This document shows positions 36,656-43,958 of a stretch of DNA of 64,000 nt, piece by piece. The position numbers were made by a program, and so were the translations under genes. Positions within the stretch are counted from its first letter, which is position 1. Each line of letters opens with the position of its first letter. The notes beneath the pieces were generated by a model that searched no databases, had not been told where the DNA came from, and saw nothing but the letters and a program-made list of their open reading frames with translations. Location of the stretch: positions 91,896 through 155,895 of the forward strand of contig CASIBH010000006.1 in the NCBI GenBank assembly GCA_949372805.1, given 5' to 3'. The stretch comes from an uncultured Flavobacteriales bacterium (GTDB lineage: Bacteria; Bacteroidota; Bacteroidia; Flavobacteriales; BACL11).

Positions 36656-38001
36656 TTTTTTAATGGAAGAATCCATTTTTTATTTTCAAAAGAATCTTTG
36701 ATTTCCAATAGATCAATTTCAGGATCAATATACCTTTGATTTCTTCGGCCATTTAATGAAACATAACTATCTGCATAAACTGCAATGTCATCATATCCTT
36801 GATTTTTAAAATGTTTGCCAAGAAAATGAGCATATTCTAAAATAAAATCTGGTTGGAAGCTCATTTGTTTTTCCTGATAGCTTGTTAAGAAATCCTCATT
36901 TTGAACATAGAAAAATTGATTTTTATCTTTATCTACAATTTTAAATGTTGTATATCCAAGTTTCTCCATTAGCATGACCCTCCAAGAAAATCTATAGCCC
37001 TGTTCGTGCCACATAATATTACCATTATAACTCAGATGTCTTAAAGGTATTGTTAGTTGTAGAATAAAGAAAATAGTTAGCACCCAAATAATCTTTTTAT
37101 TACTATTAAATTTAACGTTTTGAATATTAATGTGTGATAATTTTTTTCTAATTGGATCTATAATTATTTTTAAAATATTAATAATCCTCTTATGAAATTT
37201 TGCATCAAAAAATATTAAGGCACTGATGATCATAATGTAAGGAAATACACCAATTGGAAATAGAACTCTTGTAAAAACATGAAAAAATACTACCAAAAGA
37301 AATGCAAATGTTCTTGTTCTTTTGTAAAGTAATAAAAATGGGATTAGTAGATCATAAAGCATTCCTCCCCAACTCATTGCGAAATGCACCCAATTCTCTT
37401 GCATAAACGTCTCGCCTATTATTGGAAGATCGTATTTTGATGGAAGCCAAATTTTTAGTGGTAGTGCTTGCAAAAGCCAATCAGAATTTATCTTAGCTAA
37501 TCCAGCATAAATATATACTATGCAAAGCATTAGTTTAATACTATCAATTGTCCATCTGGGCACAGATATTGACTTTGTTTTACTTATGAAATTGTCTAAT
37601 GAGAAAGATGAGTTTAGTGGAAGAAAAATTAATAGAAAGCTTAATACACAGATGAAATAATAATGATTTAAATAAACTGTCTTTTCTAGCAGTTCAATAT
37701 ATGTAAAGCTTAAAAAAAACGTAATTATTGCAGGTCTATATTTAAACCCAAGAGTAATAAAACAAGCAGATAAAGCACAGAGGATAAAAAGAATATATAC
37801 ACCTTCTCCAATAGAATTAATCCATTCAAATCCGTAGTATTTAAAATGAAATGAGGGTTCAATATAGATTTTTTCAATCCATCCTTTATTCCAAAATCGT
37901 ACGATACTAAATAGCATCATTAGACCAAAACCTATCCTAAATACTGCAAGAGGAGAGGAGTCCGTATAAGAATTTATATATTGTTTTACTCTTGTTGTCA
38001 T
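36652..38001 (-). CDS. HTTM-domain polytopic membrane protein (vitamin K-dependent gamma-carboxylase homologue)
   Basis: The start is set at the second Met (38001), because the first lies inside the upstream terminator stem. N-terminal block PLAVFRIGFGLMMLFSIVRF is present, with at least eight hydrophobic helices. The C-terminal soluble block is GYRFSWRVMLM...VSLNGRRNQRYIDPEIDLL. Confidence 0.75.
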   Translation of the reverse strand: MTTRVKQYINSYTDSSPLAVFRIGFGLMMLFSIVRFWNKGWIEKIYIEPSFHFKYYGFEWINSIGEGVYILFILCALSACFITLGFKYRPAIITFFLSFTYIELLEKTVYLNHYYFICVLSFLLIFLPLNSSFSLDNFISKTKSISVPRWTIDSIKLMLCIVYIYAGLAKINSDWLLQALPLKIWLPSKYDLPIIGETFMQENWVHFAMSWGGMLYDLLIPFLLLYKRTRTFAFLLVVFFHVFTRVLFPIGVFPYIMIISALIFFDAKFHKRIINILKIIIDPIRKKLSHINIQNVKFNSNKKIIWVLTIFFILQLTIPLRHLSYNGNIMWHEQGYRFSWRVMLMEKLGYTTFKIVDKDKNQFFYVQNEDFLTSYQEKQMSFQPDFILEYAHFLGKHFKNQGYDDIAVYADSYVSLNGRRNQRYIDPEIDLLEIKDSFENKKWILPLKK

Positions 38002-38035
38002 AAAAAAAAGATTCTCCAAATATATGGAGAATCTT
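38002..38035 (-). terminator. rho-independent terminator between the imelysin-like gene and the HTTM gene
   Basis: Perfect 11-bp stem (38008-38018 aagattctcca paired with 38025-38035 tggagaatctt) and a 6-nt loop. On the minus strand the T-run that follows runs straight into the HTTM ATG. Confidence 0.75.
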
Positions 38036-38059
38036 CGTTGATTTTTACTCTAAAAAATA

Positions 38060-39166
38060 TCAGTCTCCATCCGCATCAATATAATCAACATCAATATTTA
38101 GAGATCCTATCATATCGATTTTAAGAAGAGGGACAGCAGCCTGTACTTTGTCATACGTTACAAGTAATTGGTAGTTATTATTGTTTATTTGGTTCATTAA
38201 ATTATCATCCAAGTCATTTATAGCTGTTTCTGCCGAATTAAACGTTGTGATAATAACATTACTTAAAGTATCCCCATCTTCTAAAGCGTTAAGGTGGTTT
38301 AAGTAGTTTTTTAGAGAATTCCCTTCAGAGGTATTGTCAAAATAAATACCACTAAAAAACTTCTTTATCGCCGTTAATGCCTCCAGAGCTAATATTTTTG
38401 ACGTATTATTGTTCAGGTTATGGTAATATGCTTCGATATTTTGAGGAAGGGGAGATCCTGAAAATACTCCTGCAGGTATGCCTATTTTATTAGCTCTAAA
38501 ACCTTTTTCATAATAGAAAATAAAGTCATTAGTAAGTTTGTTTAGGCTTGAAGTAGCTGTGTTTTCAGTTGAATTAATGAAAGGTTCTCTATTGCTATTC
38601 CATTCATTAATAATATTATTAGTATTTGTAAGCATATCTTGTACTAGATTGTTTAGATAGTTTAAATGCTTTGAGCTTTCAGGCCCATTATAAACTTGAA
38701 TAGGGTCAGTAAAGCCATTAAGTAAATAATCCAATGTTGGAAAACCTTGAGCTGAGTAGTGATTAGAACTGTTTAAGTCATAATCCTCTGATGAAATATT
38801 AAGGCTGATTCTTGTTACATTACATGGATATGCATTCATTTTTCTTCTAAAATCAATCTCTTCTGCCATCCCAATGTCAAACATCTCAACATTTTGCCAT
38901 GATAAATACGCATTTAACCAATCTAATCTTAATTGTTCAAGATTATTTTGATTGGCAAAATTTGTAAAATTATTTGTTGAAACTTCAAGTGCTTCAAGTT
39001 TCTGATTTAAATTGTTATATGATGGTAAAATTATATTATCAGCAATATTCTGTAGAAGACTTGCTCTATTGAACCCATCATTATAATCATTTAAAGATTC
39101 TTCTCCGCTTCCACAGGAAAAAAGCATAGTAGCTACTGTGAAAAGAGTTATTACTTTTTTTATCAT
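38060..39166 (-). CDS. imelysin-like (peptidase M75 fold) lipoprotein, catalytic HxxE absent
   Basis: Lipobox MLFSC. The pattern LRLDWLNAYLSWQNVEMFDIG matches the family. QGFPTLDYLLNG occupies the position where the family normally has G-x-H-x2-E. Length is 368 aa. Confidence 0.6.
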   Translation of the reverse strand: MIKKVITLFTVATMLFSCGSGEESLNDYNDGFNRASLLQNIADNIILPSYNNLNQKLEALEVSTNNFTNFANQNNLEQLRLDWLNAYLSWQNVEMFDIGMAEEIDFRRKMNAYPCNVTRISLNISSEDYDLNSSNHYSAQGFPTLDYLLNGFTDPIQVYNGPESSKHLNYLNNLVQDMLTNTNNIINEWNSNREPFINSTENTATSSLNKLTNDFIFYYEKGFRANKIGIPAGVFSGSPLPQNIEAYYHNLNNNTSKILALEALTAIKKFFSGIYFDNTSEGNSLKNYLNHLNALEDGDTLSNVIITTFNSAETAINDLDDNLMNQINNNNYQLLVTYDKVQAAVPLLKIDMIGSLNIDVDYIDADGD

Positions 39167-39182
39167 ATTTTATTTTAATTTT

Positions 39183-39220
39183 AAAAACTCAGTGGAAAAT
39201 AAATTCCACTGAGTTTTTTT
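39183..39220 (-). terminator. rho-independent (bidirectional-looking) terminator after the first lipoprotein gene
   Basis: Perfect 11-bp stem (39187-39197 actcagtggaa paired with 39204-39214 ttccactgagt). It is flanked by an A-run on one side and a T-run on the other. Confidence 0.8.
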
Positions 39221-39239
39221 AATTTAATTAATCTATAAA

Positions 39240-40403
39240 TTACAGACCAAATGCAACATCAATATCATCTGCCATTTGTGTTAATGTAGCAGCATCAACA
39301 TCCCAAAGCCCATTACCAGCCATTAATGTATCAAGCATTGCATTAACTTGAGCATTTGTGAAAATGTAGTTACCATCACCATCTAAAGCAAATTGAAGAC
39401 TTAGTATAAATCCATATCCCTCAGAAACAGCATGGAAAAAATCTGCCATATCAGGAGTTGAATTTGATAGGTCAGCAGCACCATCCCTTAAGTAATCAGA
39501 AGCTTTAACTCCAAGAATTTTAGAAACATGTTCTTTAATAATTGCAGCTTGAGCATCTCTAGTTTCATAATCCATATTTACAATTGCAGCTCTTCCTAAC
39601 TTGAAAGCATCGTAAACAGTGTTCATGTCAACATCTCCAGAAGTATTAACCTTACCTGCATATTTGTTTAATAATACAGACCCATTGCCAGAGTAAGTAG
39701 GGTTTTCTTTGTCTAATTCTCTTCCAAATAGATATCCAAAACCTTCGTCCCAGTAATGCTCCATGTCAGTATACTCACCAGCTAATAAACCTGCAGGGTC
39801 ATTTGCACCTGAGTTTAGTTTTGATTCGCTTAGATATCCGTTTACTATTTGATCAACACATAACCCACCTATTAATCCTTTTGTAAAACCTTGAACAATT
39901 TCTAATCCTTTAGAATTAACATAGACTTCTCGTCCACCAGCACCTTGGTGATATCCTGCAACACCTGCGGAAGCTAAATCCCCGTTATTCCATGCTGGGA
40001 AAACAACATTTGCTGCCTCTGCTATCATTGCATCAAACATTGGTTTTACAGTTGATGAACCATAAGCAGCTGTTTTGTTTCCTAACTTTTTACCTGAAGC
40101 ATCAAGATCGTAATCAGCTCCGTTGAAAGTAACTACACCAAAACCTGTACCGTCATTAAACATTCCAAGAAGTTCTGTTTCAGTTTTTGAGGGGTCTTTT
40201 AACGCATTATAAAGTTCTCCAGCCATCAATAGTCTTGCAGTTTGCCCAGAATAACTGACTGTCGTTGCTCCCTCTCTTAAGAATTCATAAGTATCTGGAG
40301 AATTAGTGGTTGGTAAAGGTTGTGGATCTGTATCTGTTCCGCAAGAGGATAATATTATTAATGACGATAATAGGATCCCTTTAATAAGATTTCTTTTTTT
40401 CAT
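39240..40403 (-). CDS. acidic lipoprotein, probably DUF4856 family, first gene of the TonB/HTTM cluster
   Basis: Lipobox ILSSCG, 387 aa, Asp/Glu/Gly/Ala-rich. By eye it is less AT-rich than its neighbours. It is flanked by an exact -7 box and a strong terminator. The family call is from memory of flavobacterial gene neighbourhoods. Confidence 0.5.
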   Translation of the reverse strand: MKKRNLIKGILLSSLIILSSCGTDTDPQPLPTTNSPDTYEFLREGATTVSYSGQTARLLMAGELYNALKDPSKTETELLGMFNDGTGFGVVTFNGADYDLDASGKKLGNKTAAYGSSTVKPMFDAMIAEAANVVFPAWNNGDLASAGVAGYHQGAGGREVYVNSKGLEIVQGFTKGLIGGLCVDQIVNGYLSESKLNSGANDPAGLLAGEYTDMEHYWDEGFGYLFGRELDKENPTYSGNGSVLLNKYAGKVNTSGDVDMNTVYDAFKLGRAAIVNMDYETRDAQAAIIKEHVSKILGVKASDYLRDGAADLSNSTPDMADFFHAVSEGYGFILSLQFALDGDGNYIFTNAQVNAMLDTLMAGNGLWDVDAATLTQMADDIDVAFGL

Positions 40404-40427
40404 AATTTTTTATATTTAAAATTTTGA

Positions 40428-40435
40428 CAAATATA
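40428..40435 (-). promoter_or_regulatory. putative -7 promoter box TATATTTG of the uptake cluster
   Basis: Exact TAnnTTTG on the minus strand, 24 nt upstream of the ATG at 40403. Confidence 0.5.
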
Positions 40436-40459
40436 AAAGATTATTTCTTATTTAAAATA

Positions 40460-40492
40460 AATCTTAATAAGCATAATAAACTTATTAAGATT
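40460..40492. promoter_or_regulatory. perfect 12-bp inverted repeat AATCTTAATAAG-N9-CTTATTAAGATT (candidate operator)
   Basis: The arms at 40460-40471 and 40481-40492 are exact reverse complements. The left arm sits where a -33 element for the 40428 box would lie. Confidence 0.45.
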
Positions 40493-40688
40493 GGATAAAA
40501 ATAAAAACTAAGTAATTGTTTTTTAATATAATAGAGCGTTATGTAGTAGTAAAAAAATAATAAATTTCAAAATTTATTTTATTTTATGTTTGATAAATTC
40601 ATAAAAAAACATCGATTTATTAAAAATTTTGATTTGTTTTTTTAGATATCTAAAATATAAATGGAGATAAATAAAGTTCTGATTGTAG

Positions 40689-40705
40689 ATTACAATCATT
40701 GTAAT
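40689..40705. promoter_or_regulatory. 8-bp inverted repeat ATTACAAT-C-ATTGTAAT with an extra upstream ATTGTA copy
   Basis: The arms are exact reverse complements. The repeat lies 33-49 nt upstream of the 40738 -7 box. Confidence 0.35.
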
Positions 40706-40737
40706 TAATTTAGAAGATAATTCACTTTTTTTTTGTC

Positions 40738-40745
40738 TAAATTTG
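40738..40745 (+). promoter_or_regulatory. putative -7 promoter box TAAATTTG
   Basis: Exact TAnnTTTG, 8 nt upstream of the ATG at 40754. It lies inside the TTG-extended ORF-track model, which argues for the ATG start. Confidence 0.45.
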
Positions 40746-40753
40746 TAATAATT

Positions 40754-41197
40754 ATGTATTACACTATTTTAATATCTCATATTTTCCTAAGTTTTGCAGT
40801 TTCTTTTGTTGCTTTTTTTATAGTTGTGCGTTCTTTTCTTGGAGTTTATAAAAAAATTAAATTTTCTGATTTTTATGATTTTTTTATTCCAAAATTTGCA
40901 GTCATTCTTTTATATGTTGAATTAATATTAGGGCTTTTATTATACGCTTTACATATTAGTAAGCTTGAAAATTTTATTAGTCAGTCAAATGCAGATGCAT
41001 ATTTTTCATATAGATTTTGGGCTATAGAGCATACTATATTAATGCTTTTTGCTATCATTTTTGGTCATCTGGGCTTGCTATACACAAAAAATATTAAGTC
41101 TGTAGTAGAGAGATTTAAAAAGAATTTAACTTATTTTGGATTATCATTTATTCTTATCACAGTTTCATTACTAATGAATATGTTAAAAAATGCATAA
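40754..41197 (+). CDS. four-helix membrane protein with intramembrane histidines, unknown function
   Basis: 147 aa. His residues lie in helix 1 (ILISHIF), helix 2 (YALHI) and helix 3 (AIEHTIL and FGHLG). Its stop overlaps the response regulator start (ATGCATAA). Confidence 0.55.
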   Translation: MYYTILISHIFLSFAVSFVAFFIVVRSFLGVYKKIKFSDFYDFFIPKFAVILLYVELILGLLLYALHISKLENFISQSNADAYFSYRFWAIEHTILMLFAIIFGHLGLLYTKNIKSVVERFKKNLTYFGLSFILITVSLLMNMLKNA

Positions 41198-41876
41198 TAA
41201 AAATAAAATACTTTTAGTTGAGGACGAATTAGAGTTAGCTAAGTCCGTAGTTAAATATTTAAAAGAAAGTAATTATTTGTGTACTCATGTAGAGAAATTA
41301 AAAAATGCAAGAGAATTATTGAAGAAAAATAATTTTCATGCAGTTTTATTAGACCTAGGCTTACCAGATGGCGACGGTCTTTCACTGATTAAGGAAATTA
41401 AGAATAAAGATAAAACAACAGGTGTGATTATAATTTCAGCCAAAGATGCCTTATCAAATAAAATTCAAGGACTAGATTTAGGTGCGGATGATTATTTGAC
41501 AAAACCATTTTTTATGCCAGAATTAAATGCTAGAATTAATTCTTTGATAAGAAGATTAAATTTTGAAGGAGATAATGAGATAATAATTGGTGATATAAAG
41601 ATTATACCTGATCAGATGTTAACTTTAGTAAATGAACAAAGAGTTGATTTAACAAATACAGAGTTTAATCTATTATTATATTTTATTACTAATAAAAATA
41701 GAGTTTTAAGTAAAACTAATTTAGGAGAGTATATGTCCTCTAATTATCATGACTACAGTTTTTCTGATGATTTAGTTTACACACATATTAAGAATTTAAA
41801 GAAAAAACTGGAAAAATCTGGATGTTCAGATTATATTAAGAATGTTTATGGTGTTGGTTATAAATTCAGTAATTAA
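41190..41876 (+). CDS. OmpR/PhoB-type response regulator
   Basis: Receiver domain (ILLVEDE and VLLDLGLPDGDG) plus a winged-helix output domain (VYGVGYKF). Confidence 0.9.
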   Translation: MHNKNKILLVEDELELAKSVVKYLKESNYLCTHVEKLKNARELLKKNNFHAVLLDLGLPDGDGLSLIKEIKNKDKTTGVIIISAKDALSNKIQGLDLGADDYLTKPFFMPELNARINSLIRRLNFEGDNEIIIGDIKIIPDQMLTLVNEQRVDLTNTEFNLLLYFITNKNRVLSKTNLGEYMSSNYHDYSFSDDLVYTHIKNLKKKLEKSGCSDYIKNVYGVGYKFSN

Positions 41877-41878
41877 AA

Positions 41879-43114
41879 ATGAAGCTATCTACTAAATCTG
41901 GTCTAAGTTTTATTTCTGCTAGTGCGATATTCTTTTTCTTAGGCAGTATCTTAATGTATTTTTCTGTTAGAGTGATTCTTGCCGAAGATTTAAAAGATAG
42001 ATTATTAGACATGCAAAGTTCTTTTATGATGGATCTTTCTTATGCCAATGATATTACTATCATGAATGGTGCAAAAACATTTGTTTTTAAAGCACCAAGA
42101 TTAGAACCAACCCTTTTTTCTGATACTGTTTTAATAGAATCTGGCAGATATAATCTTTTTAGAAAGATTACTTTCTCTCAAGTATTTAATCACAAAATAT
42201 ATAAAATAGAAATCCTACAATCACAATCTCAGACTGATCTACTTGTATGGAGAATTGTTATTTTAAATGTTGGTTTAGCAATGCTTTTTTTCTTAATTAT
42301 TTTTTTTGTAAATCATCTGACTGTTAAACGAACTTTAAAAGTTTTTTATAATACAATAGATAAATTAGAAAATTTTGATGTTGGTAAGTCTCCTTCCTTG
42401 TCTCTGGAGGACGCTGATGTTGAAGAGATTAAAAAACTAAATGATGTTTTTAATGAAATGTCTAAAAAAATTAAAAGTGATTTTGATGAGCAGAAAGAAT
42501 ATACAGAAAATGTTTCTCACGAGCTACAAACACCTCTTGCCATAATTAGTTCAAAAGCAGAAGAACTTCTTCAATCTGAGCGTTTAAATAAGCTTGAAAT
42601 GGAACATATTGGAATTATAATGAAAACTATTAATCGTCTTGCTAAAATCAATCAATCATTAATTTTCTTAACTAAAATTGATAATCGTTTTTATACAGAA
42701 GAAGAATCATTTAAACTTTCTGATGTAATTCATGAAAAAATTAATTTTTTTACTGGTGTAATTGAGCGACAGAAGATAAATGTTAGCTTAGATATAAGTG
42801 ATGATGTATCATTAAAAATGAATAAGTATTTATCAGATACATTATTTTTAAATTTAATTAAAAACTCTATTATTCATAATATTAAAGGAGGTTTCTTAGA
42901 GATAAAATTACTAGATAATATTTTGACTCTAAAGAACAGTGGACAAAATATCAGACATAATAGTGTTGATATATTCAAGAGATTTTATAGAGATCAAGAA
43001 AATAAAAAGAGCTTAGGAATTGGCCTGTCAATTGTAAAAAGAATTTGTGATTTATATGACTTTAAGATCCATTATTCATTTGAGGATTGTCATGTTTTTA
43101 AAATAGAAATATAA
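41879..43114 (+). CDS. sensor histidine kinase
   Basis: Two transmembrane segments flank a periplasmic domain of about 95 aa. The H-box is NVSHELQTPLAII, with a C-terminal ATPase domain (LGIGLSIVKR). Confidence 0.85.
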   Translation: MKLSTKSGLSFISASAIFFFLGSILMYFSVRVILAEDLKDRLLDMQSSFMMDLSYANDITIMNGAKTFVFKAPRLEPTLFSDTVLIESGRYNLFRKITFSQVFNHKIYKIEILQSQSQTDLLVWRIVILNVGLAMLFFLIIFFVNHLTVKRTLKVFYNTIDKLENFDVGKSPSLSLEDADVEEIKKLNDVFNEMSKKIKSDFDEQKEYTENVSHELQTPLAIISSKAEELLQSERLNKLEMEHIGIIMKTINRLAKINQSLIFLTKIDNRFYTEEESFKLSDVIHEKINFFTGVIERQKINVSLDISDDVSLKMNKYLSDTLFLNLIKNSIIHNIKGGFLEIKLLDNILTLKNSGQNIRHNSVDIFKRFYRDQENKKSLGIGLSIVKRICDLYDFKIHYSFEDCHVFKIEI

Positions 43115-43115
43115 A

Positions 43116-43958
43116 ATGGGAAAAGATTTTTTTAGTGGTTTGTCTGATGAAGAAAAAGAAATTATTGTAAATAAAGGAACCGAGAGACCATTCTCTGGAG
43201 AATATAATGATTATTCTTTAGAAGGTGTTTTTTCTTGTAGAGCTTGTGGTAGCTTTTTATATGAATCTGATTCAAAATTTGACTCTGGATGTGGATGGCC
43301 TTCTTTTGATGATGAGATTACTGATGCAATTGTAAGGTACGAAGATAACTCACTGTTGAGAAAAAGAGTAGAAATCTGTTGTGCAAAATGCGATGGCCAT
43401 TTAGGTCATGTATTTCATGGGGAAAAAGCAACTATGAAAGATACACGACATTGTGTTAATTCCTTAAGTATAAAATTTATAAATAAAAATAGAATAGAAA
43501 AAGTAACACTTGGAGCAGGATGTTTTTGGAAAGTTGAGAAGTTATTTTCTGAAATTAAAGGAGTTTATAACGTTAAATCAGGTTATATGGGCGGAGATAT
43601 TCCCAACCCAACATATGAAGCAGTTTGCTCTGGAGAAACTAATCATATTGAGGTGGTAGAAATTTATTTTGACCCAAGTATTCTTACCTTTTTAGAGCTT
43701 TTAGTTTTTTTCTGGTCAAATCACAACCCCTCATCTGTTGATAGTCAGAATGGTGACAATGGAATTCAATATCGCTCTGTTATTTTTTGTCATTCAAAAA
43801 TTCAGTTAGAACAAGCTTTAAAGTCTAAAGATGAATATCAAAAAAATATAGATAAAAAAATAGTTACATCAATACTCGAGGCAGATGTCTTTTATAAGGC
43901 AGAAGAATATCACCAGGACTATTTGAATAAGAATAATTTAGGTAGTTGTAGTGTTTAA
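43116..43958 (+). CDS. bifunctional methionine sulfoxide reductase, MsrB-MsrA fusion
   Basis: The MsrB half has two CxxC zinc pairs (CRAC and CAKC) and the catalytic RHCVNS. The MsrA half has GAGCFWKVE. No signal peptide is present. It starts 1 nt after the kinase stop codon. Confidence 0.9.
   Translation: MGKDFFSGLSDEEKEIIVNKGTERPFSGEYNDYSLEGVFSCRACGSFLYESDSKFDSGCGWPSFDDEITDAIVRYEDNSLLRKRVEICCAKCDGHLGHVFHGEKATMKDTRHCVNSLSIKFINKNRIEKVTLGAGCFWKVEKLFSEIKGVYNVKSGYMGGDIPNPTYEAVCSGETNHIEVVEIYFDPSILTFLELLVFFWSNHNPSSVDSQNGDNGIQYRSVIFCHSKIQLEQALKSKDEYQKNIDKKIVTSILEADVFYKAEEYHQDYLNKNNLGSCSV

Noticed and set aside
38002-38019. N-terminal extensions offered by the ORF track, here and at 8232-8273, 10763-10777, 19819-19896, 22166-22195, 22617-22670, 36656-36676 and 40733-40753
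   Set aside because: Each extension runs into an upstream gene, a terminator stem or a -7 promoter box. A downstream start gives a normal signal peptide or a family-typical N-terminus. The starts remain predictions.
40661-40708. 15-codon ORF MEINKVLIVDYNHCN, whose KVLIVD resembles the start of a response-regulator receiver domain
   Set aside because: Six matching residues in AT-rich DNA are too weak to call a gene relic. The stretch coincides with the palindrome at 40689-40705, which is the more economical explanation.
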